64,000 nt of DNA from an uncultured Gemmatimonadales bacterium (GCA_963842945.1 CAWJIM010000002.1:160001-224000), one strand, 5' to 3'; positions 21,843 through 32,812 are shown, numbered from the stretch's first letter. Numbers and translations: made by a program. Notes: generated from the sequence alone by a model not told the origin.

Positions 21843-22238
21843 GTGCTCAATCACGCACGCATTGCTCACGTCGGTATAGCCGTCAGTGATCTCGAGGCGG
21901 CAGTCGCGTTCTACCGGGACGTGCTCGGGATCGAGCCGCACCCGCCGGAAGAGGCCGACGGAGCAACCATCCTCTCACTTCAATTTGGCGAGTCAGACAT
22001 CGAGCTGATGTCATCCAGCTCACCGGATACCCCGGTAGGCCGATTTCTGGCAAAGCGAGGGCCGGGCATCCACCATATCTGCTACCGGGTTCCCGATCTG
22101 GATGCCGCCCTCGAGGCCTGCCGCGCGGCAGGCTACCGTCTGATCGACGAGAGTCCCCGCACTGGAGCGGGTGGGCGCCGGATAGCCTTTATCCACCCGA
22201 AGGCAACCTCCGGCATCCTGCTCGAACTGACTGACTAG
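21843..22238 (+). CDS. mce: Methylmalonyl-CoA epimerase (VOC fold)
   Basis: IAHVGIAV, IELM, FLAKRGPGIHHICY, AFIHPK..GILLEL. Confidence 0.9.
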   Translation: MLNHARIAHVGIAVSDLEAAVAFYRDVLGIEPHPPEEADGATILSLQFGESDIELMSSSSPDTPVGRFLAKRGPGIHHICYRVPDLDAALEACRAAGYRLIDESPRTGAGGRRIAFIHPKATSGILLELTD

Positions 22239-22273
22239 AAGATAACAGCGGAGAGGCGACCGGAGGTTCCCCG

Positions 22274-22738
22274 TTACTGCTTGGGCAGGCTGTCTCCGGT
22301 GGCGCCTTCGACGCAGGGACGGGCGGGGTTCCCGGCAGCAGCGATATCGACCGACGTGACCAGCCAGGAGCCATCGGCGGTGCTCACGGCCACAAAGGGC
22401 ACGGTCCAGGTGCAAGTCTCCCGCCGGATCTGGACTTGCAGCGCGCGACGCTTTTCCGTTTCAGCGACATCGGACATGATGCGGAAACCATCATTTCGGA
22501 GGTATGCCTGCATGATCGCGATGCGCTTCTCGTAATCGGGGGGTTGTCGCGTCTTGGAGGCCGGACCATTGGGAGTACCCCAGAGGCTCGCCATCTTATT
22601 CAGGTTACTGTCGGCCACGGCCTGCATGAATCCTTGAACCGAGGCGGAGGCCGAGCGAGCGGGCTGGACCGGCGCCGAGCTACCACCGCACGCGGACAGC
22701 AGCAGGATCGCGGTCCAGCAGCATCGGTGTATGGTCAC
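22274..22738 (-). CDS. Hypothetical lipoprotein
   Basis: GTG start, lipobox LSAC, small domain with two further Cys. Confidence 0.7.
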   Translation of the reverse strand: MTIHRCCWTAILLLSACGGSSAPVQPARSASASVQGFMQAVADSNLNKMASLWGTPNGPASKTRQPPDYEKRIAIMQAYLRNDGFRIMSDVAETEKRRALQVQIRRETCTWTVPFVAVSTADGSWLVTSVDIAAAGNPARPCVEGATGDSLPKQ

Positions 22739-22797
22739 AAGGGTCTCACGGGTCAGAGGTTGGGCAGCGAACATAACCGGCTCCGGAGCGGCGAGCA

Positions 22798-23517
22798 ATG
22801 AGGCCTACGCGGCTCTACATCAATATTGATCACGTCGCTACCGTGCGAGAAGCACGGAAAACAGATGAGCCTGATCCAGTGGCCGCAGCCCTGCTGTGCC
22901 AGGAGGCCGGGGCCGACGGCATCACCGCTCACCTCCGGGAGGACCGGCGGCACATTCAGGATCACGACGTGGAGCGGCTCAGCGCCGCCAGCAAGGTGTT
23001 CAACCTGGAGCTGGCGACCAGTCCCGACGTGGTAGATCTCGCCTGCCGGCTACGCCCCTATCAGGCCACCCTGGTGCCGGAGCGGCGGGAAGAGATCACG
23101 ACCGAGGGAGGTCTCGATCTCAGCCACCCTGCCCCACGTCTTCGAGACACCATCCGGCGGCTGGAACAGGCCGGCGTCAGGGTGAGCCTCTTCATCGATC
23201 CCGATCACCGTACGCTAGAAGCCGCCAAGGATCTGGGTGTTCCCGCCATCGAGCTGCACACCGGCCGCTACGCCCATTCCTGGCGCAGTAGCGATGCGGC
23301 GTTGAAGCAACTGTGGGAAGCGGCCCGCTACGCCTCTGACATGGGGCTGGCGGTGCATGCGGGGCATGGACTCACCTATCTGAATGTGGCACCGGTGGCG
23401 GGCATCGGTGAAATTGAGGAGCTGAACATCGGTCACAGCGTGGTGAGCCGAGCCATCATGGTCGGAATGAAGAGCGCCGTCGAGGAAATGCGCCGAGCCA
23501 TGGGCCTGCGGCCCTGA
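22798..23517 (+). CDS. pdxJ: Pyridoxine 5'-phosphate synthase
   Basis: NIDHVATVREAR, HLREDRRHI, LVPERREEITTEGG, IELHTG, HAGHGL, ELNIGH. Confidence 0.97.
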   Translation: MRPTRLYINIDHVATVREARKTDEPDPVAAALLCQEAGADGITAHLREDRRHIQDHDVERLSAASKVFNLELATSPDVVDLACRLRPYQATLVPERREEITTEGGLDLSHPAPRLRDTIRRLEQAGVRVSLFIDPDHRTLEAAKDLGVPAIELHTGRYAHSWRSSDAALKQLWEAARYASDMGLAVHAGHGLTYLNVAPVAGIGEIEELNIGHSVVSRAIMVGMKSAVEEMRRAMGLRP

Positions 23518-23555
23518 GCTATGGGCTGGAACTGGGTTCCGCTAATTTAGCCTGT

Positions 23556-25244
23556 ATGACCAATCCACTCGGCACCGCTGATTTCTTTGCCCTCGAGGCC
23601 GGGGAATGCCTGGACCGGCTGGAGACTCTGGTCCAGGGTTCCACCCCACCGTCTGCCGACGAGTTTCTCCGCATGGCCCGAGTGCTTCGCGGCTCCGCGC
23701 TCATGGCCGCCCAGCCGCACATCGCGAAAGCCGCTGCCGGATTGGAAGCCTTCGCCCGGAGCAACCGGGACCAGCAGCGAGCCTGGGACTCGGGCACCCG
23801 GGAGCATATCGCTCAGTCGGTTGAGGAGTTCCGCTATCTGGTGCGCCGGGTCCGCGAATGGAACGAGGCAGATACTGCGCGGGCCGGGCGGCTGAGCCGC
23901 GATCTCGAGAGTCTGACAGGTCGAACTGGTAGCGAGAATCCTTTCAGCCAGGCTGAACCACAGAAGGCCGAGCTGAACACGGGTGTGCGCGCCTTTGTGG
24001 CGCGCGAAGGCGCGCTCATCGCGAGCGCGCTCGATCGAGCCTCGCGCACGCTGCGGAGCTCACCAGGGGATCGCGACCCGCTGTACAACGTGATCCGGCG
24101 CATGCAGTCGCTGCGAGGCCTGGCCGAGCTGAGCGAGCTTGCTCCATTGCCGGATATTCTGGACGGCATCGAGCTGGCCGTGGGCGATCTCACCCGACTG
24201 TTTGCCCCGCCGCCCGGGGTAGATGAGGTGATGGACGCCGCCGCCCGTGCCCTGACCCGGATGTCCCGGGACGTGGCGGAGCAGGGACGTCCCGATCCCG
24301 ACGCCGAGGAGGCGCGGAGCTTCACTGAGCTGCTGCTGCGGGCATTTGCGGTCGAGAGGGACGTGGTTCCGATCGAGTCTCTCTTTGTCGATGGAGACCC
24401 GGAGCCGATGAAGCATCCGGTGGCTCAGCCGCAGTTCGCCCCTCCGGAGCCGCTGGGCCCGTTGGAGCTGGTGAGCCAGGGTGAGCATTTGTGTCAGAGC
24501 GCGGATCTGATCACCGCCGCGCGCTCCGCCGCTGAGCGAGATCTTCGACTCTATCGCCTGCTCGGCGCCCTCCGCGCGGCTGCGGCGCCCAGCGCCGACC
24601 CCGTAGCGGGGGCGCTGGGAATCTTCGCCCGTTCCGCCCGTGAGGCGCTGGCCGCCGGCGCAGCCAGCCGCAGCGTGGAGGATCTGGTGAGCCGGCTGCG
24701 GGACGCGGGACAACTCCTGCGTGCGGTGGTGGAGAGCGACGATCGCATGCTGATCTCCCGGCGCTTGCTGGATGTGGCCCACCGTGTGGATGGATTGCGG
24801 GCCGAAGCGGAGTCGGCGGAGCAGCCGGTTCCCATCGAGTCCCTGGCCTACGACCCAGAGCCAGAACCTCAGGTGGTTCCCATCGAGAGCTTGGCACCCG
24901 ACTCTCCGCCGGCGGCATCCTTGAAGCAGACTGAGCCCATGAGTGGCCTCGAAGCGAGCTTCCGCACTCTGGATCGACTGCAGCACGAGCGGGCCGCCAC
25001 CACGGCCGCTTTCCGGAGCTTGATCGACAATGGAATCCAGCAGACTGATCAGGCCCCAGGCCCGGAAGCCCCACCAGTGTTGATCACCACCCTCTGTTAC
25101 CGGGGACACGCCGCGCTGCAGCGGGCCAACGCAGTCCGGGAGCAGATCACCGTTGAGCTCGCCCGCGACGCCAGTCTCACCTCGCTTCAACCATTGCTGC
25201 AGGAGCTGCTCGACCTCGTTCCCCTGGCACTTGCCGATTCCTGA
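23556..25244 (+). CDS. Hypothetical helical protein with degenerate Hpt-like repeats
   Basis: FFALEAGECLDRLE..RMARVLRGSALM and AFVAREGA..RRMQSLRGLA resemble Hpt bundles; VPIESL occurs three times. Confidence 0.7.
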   Translation: MTNPLGTADFFALEAGECLDRLETLVQGSTPPSADEFLRMARVLRGSALMAAQPHIAKAAAGLEAFARSNRDQQRAWDSGTREHIAQSVEEFRYLVRRVREWNEADTARAGRLSRDLESLTGRTGSENPFSQAEPQKAELNTGVRAFVAREGALIASALDRASRTLRSSPGDRDPLYNVIRRMQSLRGLAELSELAPLPDILDGIELAVGDLTRLFAPPPGVDEVMDAAARALTRMSRDVAEQGRPDPDAEEARSFTELLLRAFAVERDVVPIESLFVDGDPEPMKHPVAQPQFAPPEPLGPLELVSQGEHLCQSADLITAARSAAERDLRLYRLLGALRAAAAPSADPVAGALGIFARSAREALAAGAASRSVEDLVSRLRDAGQLLRAVVESDDRMLISRRLLDVAHRVDGLRAEAESAEQPVPIESLAYDPEPEPQVVPIESLAPDSPPAASLKQTEPMSGLEASFRTLDRLQHERAATTAAFRSLIDNGIQQTDQAPGPEAPPVLITTLCYRGHAALQRANAVREQITVELARDASLTSLQPLLQELLDLVPLALADS

Positions 25245-26262
25245 GCCAGCGGTAGCCACGGCCACATCACGGCGGTTGCTGCCCGCCGTGGTAGGAATTC
25301 TGGTTTCGGTGGCACTCCTGTTGTGGGCCCTGAGAGGGGTCAGCCTCGCCGACGTTCTCACCCAGGTTCGGGCCGCGCGGCCAATCCCGCTGGTGATTGC
25401 CGTCATCGTGGGCACGCTCACCTTCCCCTTCCGCTGGATTCGTTGGCGCGTTCTGCTGGGCCCGGCTGGGGCATCGCCGCAGTTCGCGCGGCCGCTCTGG
25501 GATGCCGTGGCCGTCGGATTCATGGCCAACAATCTGCTCCCGCTGCGCGCCGGTGAGCTGGTCCGGTCTTACACCGCCGCGCGGCTCACCGGAATCCGAT
25601 TTACCACTGTGCTCTCCTCCATCGCGGTGGAGCGCATCTTCGACGGATTAACCGTGGTCGGGCTTCTCACGATTGCGCTGCTGAGCTCGGACTTGCCGCG
25701 TTCGCTTTCCATCGCTGGCGTCTCGGTGCTGCAGGTGGCGCAGGGTGGCGCCGTGGTCAGCGGGGTGGCATTTCTCGTCGCCATCGCGATCCTGGCAGCC
25801 CCAGTTGCGGCGGAAAAATTCATTCGCCGACTCGTGCCCGGGCCCCTGGCCGACAAGCTCGTGAATATGGTCGAGGGGATTCGCGAGGGCCTCGTGGCGC
25901 TCCGCACACCGGGACGACTGCTCCTGGTCGCGCTATGGTCGCTGGTGATCTGGCTGGGGAACGCCTTGGCCCTCTACATCGGGTTTGCCGCATTCGACAT
26001 CCCGGTCAGCTATCTCGGAGCGCTGTTGCTGCAGGGGCTGCTGGTGCTGGGAATCGCGATTCCGTCGACACCGGGTTTCTTCGGACCCTTCGAGGCCGTC
26101 ATCGTCGCCGTTCTGGCACTCTACGGGGTAGCCAACGACGTGGCCTTCTCCTACGCCATCGCCTACCACATCACCTCATTTCTTCCTATCACCCTGCTGG
26201 GACTGTGGTCGTTGACGAGAGTGCCGGGGGGCTTTAGAGGAATTCGGCAAGCGCCTCCATGA
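25231..26262 (+). CDS. Lysylphosphatidylglycerol synthase TM (UPF0104/flippase-like) membrane protein
   Basis: RWRVLL, GFMANNLLPLRAGE, ERIFD, PSTPGFFGPFE; multiple TMs; start uncertain (TTG 25231). Confidence 0.85.
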   Translation: MPIPEPAVATATSRRLLPAVVGILVSVALLLWALRGVSLADVLTQVRAARPIPLVIAVIVGTLTFPFRWIRWRVLLGPAGASPQFARPLWDAVAVGFMANNLLPLRAGELVRSYTAARLTGIRFTTVLSSIAVERIFDGLTVVGLLTIALLSSDLPRSLSIAGVSVLQVAQGGAVVSGVAFLVAIAILAAPVAAEKFIRRLVPGPLADKLVNMVEGIREGLVALRTPGRLLLVALWSLVIWLGNALALYIGFAAFDIPVSYLGALLLQGLLVLGIAIPSTPGFFGPFEAVIVAVLALYGVANDVAFSYAIAYHITSFLPITLLGLWSLTRVPGGFRGIRQAPP

Positions 26263-27155
26263 CCACCACGGTGACTCTGGCGGCCCTGGCCAAGGTCAAC
26301 CTGTTCCTGCGGGTGCTCTCTCGCAACGAGGACGGGTTTCACGGGGTGGAGACGCTGCTGTGCCTGATCGATCTCTCTGATACTCTGACGGCTGAACGCC
26401 GGGAGGGGCGCGGGGTCACCATCGAGGTGCAGGGCGCCGACACCGGCCCCCCCGACCAGAACCTGGCCCTGCGGGCCGCAGAGCGGGTGCTCGAGGCCAC
26501 CGGCAACCGGTTTGCGGTTCACTTGAAGCTGGTGAAACGGATTCCTGTTCGCGCCGGCCTGGGCGGCGGGTCGAGTGACGCGGCGGCAGCGCTGCATCTG
26601 GCGAACAATCTGGCAGGCAATGCCGTGCCCCGGCACGAGCTGCTTCAATTCGCGGCACAAGTGGGGAGCGACGTGCCCTTCTTCTTCGGCGGTGCCCCGC
26701 TGGCCCTGGCCTGGGGCCGAGGCGAGCGCATGATCCGGTTGCCTCCACTGCCGCCGTCACCCGCACTGCTGGTGACTCCGCCTGTACCGATCCCCACTCC
26801 TGATGCATACGCCTGGGTCGATGCGGCGGGAGCCACGTCCGCCCGGCGGGGCGCCCTGGCGCTGGATCTCGACGCGGTGTCCCGCTGGGGCGACGTCGGC
26901 CGAATGGCGGGCAACGATTTCGAGTCACCGGTCTTCAGCCGCTACGGGAACATCCGAACCGCTTTCGAGGCGCTGGTGGCGACACGACCGCTGGTCTGCC
27001 GGATGAGCGGCTCGGGATCGACCCTGTTCGCGATCTATCGATCGATCAGGGACCGCGAGGATGCAGCCATGATGCTGGGCCGGAAACACGGCCTGGTCAC
27101 CAGGGCAGAGACCATGGGCCAGCCCGCGCCCGGTCTGACTAGTGGATCAGGATGA
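26259..27155 (+). CDS. ispE: 4-(CDP)-2-C-methyl-D-erythritol kinase
   Basis: AKVNLFL, KRIPVRAGLGGGSSDAA, GSDVPFF, NDFE, MSGSGS. Confidence 0.96.
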   Translation: MTTTVTLAALAKVNLFLRVLSRNEDGFHGVETLLCLIDLSDTLTAERREGRGVTIEVQGADTGPPDQNLALRAAERVLEATGNRFAVHLKLVKRIPVRAGLGGGSSDAAAALHLANNLAGNAVPRHELLQFAAQVGSDVPFFFGGAPLALAWGRGERMIRLPPLPPSPALLVTPPVPIPTPDAYAWVDAAGATSARRGALALDLDAVSRWGDVGRMAGNDFESPVFSRYGNIRTAFEALVATRPLVCRMSGSGSTLFAIYRSIRDREDAAMMLGRKHGLVTRAETMGQPAPGLTSGSG

Positions 27156-27186
27156 TGGTGGCGTCGAAGGCGACTGCTGCGGCGCT

Positions 27187-29885
27187 TCAGGACCTGGATC
27201 TGGTGGCGTCCACGAGCTCGCGAACCTTCCGGGCCAGGGTTTCCGGCTCCAGGGGCTTCTGAATGAACTCGCTTCCTTCCTGCAGCAAGTCCCCGGCGCA
27301 CCACGTCCAGCCCGGTGTACCCCGAGGTGAACAGCACCGGTACGTGGGGCCAGCGCTCGGCGACGACATCGGCCATCTCACGGCCGCCCATGTCGGGCAT
27401 CACGACGTCGGCCACGATCAGGCTGATCTTCCCATTCTCCTGATCCAGCAGCTTGATGGCCTCTTTCCCGTCGGCAGCCTCCAGCACGCCGTAGCCGCAG
27501 CCTTTGAGCGTGCGGGCCACGATGCTCCGTACCATGGGCTCGTCCTCGGCTACCAGCACCACTTCTTCCGGCCGGCCGGCGGGTGTCGGCAACTCGGGGT
27601 GGTCGATCCGGAAGCCGCCGTCCGCGATCGGGAAATAGAGCTTGAAGGTGGTTCCCAGTCCGGGTTCGCTATAAGCCCAGATGAATCCGCCGCTCTGCTT
27701 CACGATGCCATACACCGTCGAGAGACCAAGCCCGGTGCCCTGCCCCACACCCTTCGTGGTGAAAAAAGGCTCGAAGATGCGGGCCAGCGTTTCCCGGTCC
27801 ATTCCGTGCCCGGTGTCGGTGACCACTAGCGCCGTGTACTCTCCCGGCGCCAGGGTTTCCACCGGCTTGGCTGCGACATAGGCCGGATCGAGCGCGACGT
27901 TCATGGTTTCGATGGTGAGACGACCTCCGTCGTCCATGGCATCGCGAGCGTTCAGGGTGAGATTGACCAGCACCTGCTCCAGCTGTCCCGGGTCGGCCCG
28001 GATCAAGCCAAGCGCCGGGGAGAGGTGCACTCGTACCGCGCGGGTCTCGCCCAGTGCGCGGTTCAGGATCGGCTCCAGGTCCCGGACCGTGGCATTCAGG
28101 TCCAGCAGCTGAGGCTGGAGCATCTGCCGCCGGCTGAAGGCGAGAAGCTGCTGGGTAATGCCTGCGGTACGCTTGGCCGCGCGCCAGATCTGGTCTACGT
28201 CCTGGCGAACCTGGTCCGGCAGGTCGGTTCGCTGCAGGACGTAGTCGGCGCAGCCCAGTACCACCGACATCATGTTGTTGGCTTCGTGGGCGATGCCGCC
28301 GGCCAGCTGCCCTACCGAATCCATCCGTTGCGCCTGCCGCAGCCGCTCTTCCATCAGCCGCCGGTCGGTGACGTCGAGACAAACACCGGTCATGTACACC
28401 GCCGCGCCAGTTCGTCGCGCACTAACCGGCCGGTTCCGCGAGCCACCGAGTCTTTCCGTTGGGCAGAATGACCCGGAACTCGGAGCTGAGCGAACCGGTC
28501 TCGTCCAGAGCCCGTCGAATGTCCCGTTGCACCGATTCGCGATCCTCGTCAATCACGCGCTCGAGAACCTGCTCGATTCGGGTTACCTGCTGGTTCAGAG
28601 CGACACCGAAGAGCTGGTTCATACCCTCGTCCCAGCTTACGTCGCCGGTCTCGACATTCCATTGCCAGGTTCCCATTCGCGCCGAGCGCAGGGCGAGCTC
28701 CAGCCGCTCCTGGCTCCGGGCGAGGGCCTGCTGCCGCCTGCCGGCGCTCGGTGACATCTCGCTTGATGCTGGAAGCGCCGACCACCTCACCCTGGGCGTT
28801 GCGGATGGGGGAGACGCTGACGGCGACATGGATCCGGCCACCGTCCTTCCGAATACGCTCGGCTTCGGCAAACTCCACTCGCTCCCCTTGTCGGAGGCGG
28901 TCGAGCAGATCGCGTTCATCATGATGCAGGTGGTCCGGGATCAGCTTGAAGATGGACTCACCGACCATCTCCTCCGCACTGTATCCGAACATCTGTTCGG
29001 CGGCGGCGTTCCAGCTGGTCACCACGCCATCGACGGTCTTGCCGATGATGGCATCGGCGGACGAGGCGACGATGGCGGCAAGCCGCTGAGTGGCATGCTC
29101 CGCCTCCCGCTGCCGGCTGACGTCGCGGGTAAAGCAGCGGGTATGCACGAATTCGCCATTCTGGAAGTAGACGCTGGAATCGATCAGGACGTCTACGATC
29201 TCCCCGTTCTTGGCTCGAAGCTGGGCGGGATAGTCCTGGAGCACCTCGCCGCGGGCGAGCCGAGCCAGGATGTCGTCGATCACCGGCCGGCTGACGTGGA
29301 AGTCCACGATGTTCCGCCCCAGGTATTCGTCCCGTTGGTACCCCAGGAGGTCCAGCTCCGCCTGATTGACCCGCAGGATCGTGCCGTCGGGTCCAACCCA
29401 GTGAATCGGAAGGGCGGCGTTCTCGATAAAGTCTCCCAGCTCCTGTTCCCGCCTGCGCAGCGCCTCGTGCGCCCGCTTCTGCTCCTCGATGTCGATGGCA
29501 GTCGTCAGCCAGGCATCGAGCTCGGACGAGGGAGAGAAGAGCGGCACCACCCGGGTGAGCAGCCAGCAGAACGCTCCATCGCTGCGGCGGTAGCGCAACT
29601 CCATCTCGAACGGCTGCTGCCGTTCTCTGGCCTCGCTCCAGCGGGCCCTCAACTGGCTCGCGGTCGTCGGGATGGACAAAGACTTCCCACCCGCCCGCGT
29701 TGAGCTCGCCCAGAGATGAGCCGGTGTAATCCTCCCAGCGCGAATTGACGTAGGTGAAGCTCCCGCCGGCGTCCGTCACCCAGACCAGCCCGGGTACGAC
29801 CTCCCCCAGCATCGGGTAGACCGCCTGGCCATCGGCGTCCGAGGGCCGCGGCCATGGCCGGGCCAGCGTAGGTGATGTCGCTCAT
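27187..29885 (-). CDS. Hybrid sensor histidine kinase, four PAS/PAC + HisKA + HATPase + REC (about 5 frameshifts)
   Basis: PAS segments (VHPDD; WVGPDG; SSADAI..WN.AAE; WQWN), GQLAGGIAHEANN, NARDAM, DTGHGM, FFTTK, GTGLGL, REC EDE..DVVMP..QKP. Confidence 0.88.
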
Positions 29886-29980
29886 GCGTGTGACCGCGAG
29901 AGGTATGAGATCAGCATCCCCGGGAATTTGAAGGGCAATTTTTCATCCATGCAAGGCCAGGATACTTTTCAGGGACAAAT

Positions 29981-30051
29981 TGGCCCTTCGTCCAATGGCA
30001 GGACAGCGGACTTTGGATCCGTTAATGGTGGTTCGAATCCACCAGGGCCAA
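29981..30051 (+). tRNA. tRNA-Gln(TTG)
   Basis: Acceptor TGGCCCT/AGGGCCA, anticodon arm GCGGA-CTTTGGA-TCCGT, T-arm GGTGG-TTCGAAT-CCACC; CCA not encoded. Confidence 0.97.
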
Positions 30052-30060
30052 CTGGGCGCG

Positions 30061-31206
30061 TCACTTGGCGCGACGATATGCCTCGATCGTTGCTTCGGCC
30101 GCAGTCCGCCAGTCGAACTGGTGGGCTCGCTGGAACCCCAGCTCACGCAGCCGAAGCCCCTCCTCCGCAATGGTGGCCCGCTCCAGGCCGGCGTCGATAT
30201 CTCCCACATCAAATGGATCCACCAGGATAGCCGCTCCGCCCGCAACCTCCGGCGCCGCGCCGGTGCGCGAGGTCACCACCGGCGTTCCACAGGCCATGGC
30301 TTCGATAATCGGCAACCCGAATCCTTCGTAGATGCCCGGATAGAGAAAGGCGGCGGCTCCGGCATACAAGCCCGGCAGGCTGGCCTTATCGACATACCCC
30401 AACAGAGACACACCGTCAGGCAGGCGGGCGCCATCCTGGTTGAACTCCGGATCCAGCGACGTTCCGGTGATCAACAGCCGGTATTCGGCTCGATGGGCGC
30501 CCCGCTCCCGCCACCGAGTAAAGGCGGCGATCAGGCGGCGGGTGTTCTTGCGGGGAGAGACGCCGCCTACCGCGAGGACGTAGGGCGCGGCCTGATCGGG
30601 AGTAGCCGGCCGCTCCTGGATCCGGGCAAACAGGGGATCGAGTCCGTGATGAACCACGTCGATTTTCGACGCGGGGACGCCGGCGCGGCGCACCAGATCA
30701 TCTGCCGTGTACTGCGAGACCGCGATGAAGCGGTTGGCCCGGCGCCGGGCCCAGGGAAAGAGGGCGCCATACATCACTCGCAGGCGGCGGTCGTAGAGCT
30801 CGGGATGCACCTGCCAGCCGAGATCGTGTACCGTGACTACGCAACGATCGCGGGACCGCAAGGCGTAGGGGAGAAAGCCGTCCATTCCATGAAACAGCAG
30901 CTCGTCCCGGCCAGCCACGGCCCGCAACGAGTACCACTGGTCAAACCAGAGTTTCCACAGGGTGGCTCGGATTCCACTTAGCTCCGGACGCCTGATCGGC
31001 ACCACCTCCCGAACCCGGGGAAATCCGAGATCGAGCGGCGCCCAGGACAGAGCAGTAATGGAGACCTGGCCGGTCCGGGACAACGCCTCCAGCAACTGCT
31101 CCATGTACACTTCGATCCCGGTGTGCGGCCCGGCGAGATGGCGGGCATTGACCACCAGGTCGAGAGTACCGGAGGGCGAAGCGGCGGTGGCGAGGGGAGA
31201 GATCAT
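30061..31206 (-). CDS. GT4 family glycosyltransferase
   Basis: TGIEVY, VTVHDL, AVSQYT, PRKN, YEGFGLPIIEAMACG (E-x7-E). Confidence 0.92.
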   Translation of the reverse strand: MISPLATAASPSGTLDLVVNARHLAGPHTGIEVYMEQLLEALSRTGQVSITALSWAPLDLGFPRVREVVPIRRPELSGIRATLWKLWFDQWYSLRAVAGRDELLFHGMDGFLPYALRSRDRCVVTVHDLGWQVHPELYDRRLRVMYGALFPWARRRANRFIAVSQYTADDLVRRAGVPASKIDVVHHGLDPLFARIQERPATPDQAAPYVLAVGGVSPRKNTRRLIAAFTRWRERGAHRAEYRLLITGTSLDPEFNQDGARLPDGVSLLGYVDKASLPGLYAGAAAFLYPGIYEGFGLPIIEAMACGTPVVTSRTGAAPEVAGGAAILVDPFDVGDIDAGLERATIAEEGLRLRELGFQRAHQFDWRTAAEATIEAYRRAK

Positions 31207-31218
31207 CCCAGCGAAGAC

Positions 31219-32385
31219 CTACGGGGTGGCGGCGGAGGCAGGCTCGACCCGGTTCCTGCCGCGGCTGGGTTTGCCTTTCGCCTGGACGCGCTCGAGCACA
31301 TTGAGGGTTTCCCGGGCGCAGCGCGACCACTGAAAATCCCGGCTTCGCTCCCGCCCTGCAGCAATCAGCTCCCGCCGTCTGGCCTGGTTGTCCAGTACCG
31401 CTCGAATTCCAGACGCAATGCTCTCGGTCGACTCCGGATCGACCAGCATGGCCGCTCCCTCGGCCAGCTCCTTGGTCCCATAGCAGTTGCTGGTGACGAC
31501 AGGACATCCAGCCGCCATGGCCTCGAGCACGGGCAATCCGCAGGATTCGAACAGCGAGGGCAGCAGGAGGGCATCCGCCAGCGAGTAGAACCCGGCGAGG
31601 TCTTCCTGGTCTACCCAGCCCGGCCAACGAACCCAATCAGCGATGCCCAGCGTCTCCGGCTCCTTCAGCTCCTGGTCGGAGAGAAAGCGGTTTTCTCCAC
31701 CGGCCACCACGAGAGGGATCCCACGCTCGGGCCCAATCTGAGCGTAGGCTTGGACCAGGCGGGTAAAGTTCTTGGGGGGGTAGATGGCGCCGGCGTAGAG
31801 CAGGAATCGCCGCGGCAGCGAGTACTTCTCCCGAATGAGCTGCAGCCGCGCCTGGTCCGGAGCCCGGCGGAAGACGTCGTCCACGCCGGAGTACACCGTG
31901 AAGACCCGATCGGGTCCAACCGGAAGAAACTCCATGACATGCTGCCGGGTGATTTCGGAGACCGCGATGATGGCTGCCGCTCTCGCGGCGTAGCGGGGCA
32001 CCAGGAACTGATGGCTCAGCCGGTCGATTCGCCGAGAGGCCCAGGGCATCACGTACCAATCCAGCCCATGGCAAACCCACACCGCGGGGCATCCGGCAGC
32101 GAGGGGAATGGAGTACTTGGGGTTGTACAGCAGCTCGATCCCGTGGCGGCGTACCGCTTGAGGTACCGCTATTTGATCCCAGGTGAGAACCGATCGAGCG
32201 GAGATGGCAATCTCTTCAACCCCGGCCTCGTTTTTATAGGTGCCGATCAGCCCAGGGTTGCGGTACAGAAAGACGAACTCGTGCCCCGTCCCGAGGTCCA
32301 GGAGGGCACGCAACAATCGTTGCGTATAAACCTTGACCCCACCACCGTGCTGATCGTAATGGCGCAGCATGACCCCAATGCGCAC
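31219..32385 (-). CDS. GT4 family glycosyltransferase
   Basis: GGVKVY, AVSEIT, PPKN, FESCGLPVLEAMAAG. Confidence 0.92.
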   Translation of the reverse strand: MRIGVMLRHYDQHGGGVKVYTQRLLRALLDLGTGHEFVFLYRNPGLIGTYKNEAGVEEIAISARSVLTWDQIAVPQAVRRHGIELLYNPKYSIPLAAGCPAVWVCHGLDWYVMPWASRRIDRLSHQFLVPRYAARAAAIIAVSEITRQHVMEFLPVGPDRVFTVYSGVDDVFRRAPDQARLQLIREKYSLPRRFLLYAGAIYPPKNFTRLVQAYAQIGPERGIPLVVAGGENRFLSDQELKEPETLGIADWVRWPGWVDQEDLAGFYSLADALLLPSLFESCGLPVLEAMAAGCPVVTSNCYGTKELAEGAAMLVDPESTESIASGIRAVLDNQARRRELIAAGRERSRDFQWSRCARETLNVLERVQAKGKPSRGRNRVEPASAATP

Positions 32386-32431
32386 CGATATCGCTCCCGT
32401 TGGAGTTCAGCAGAGTAAGCTACACCGCCCC

Positions 32432-32791
32432 CTACTCGCACGCCGGAGCGGAATCCAGCTCGATCGGAATCATTCGGGGATCGGTGTCGGCGGGAAAGCC
32501 GGTGCTGTCTGCTGGGGTCAGACTGTCGACGAGCCCGGTATCGATGAAGGCTTGCATCCGATGATCGATGCAGCGGAGCACCAGACGGGAAGGTTCATCG
32601 GTCGGTAAACCCGTGATCTCCCTGGCGGCCGGCAGCTGGACCGAGGTGGTGAGCACATCTCCGCCGGCAGTGGTGTCCTCCTCTACCGTCCATTCGGCCG
32701 GAATCAGCTCCTCCGAGGCCGTAGGCTGGTCTACCCGGCGAGGGGAACAGCCCGCGAGCAGAAGGCAGGCAAGGAGCGCGACGCTACGCAC
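32432..32791 (-). CDS. Small hypothetical lipoprotein
   Basis: Lipobox LAGC; 119 aa. Confidence 0.65.
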   Translation of the reverse strand: MRSVALLACLLLAGCSPRRVDQPTASEELIPAEWTVEEDTTAGGDVLTTSVQLPAAREITGLPTDEPSRLVLRCIDHRMQAFIDTGLVDSLTPADSTGFPADTDPRMIPIELDSAPACE

Positions 32792-32812
32792 AGAACCTCC
32801 AGTACACGCTTG

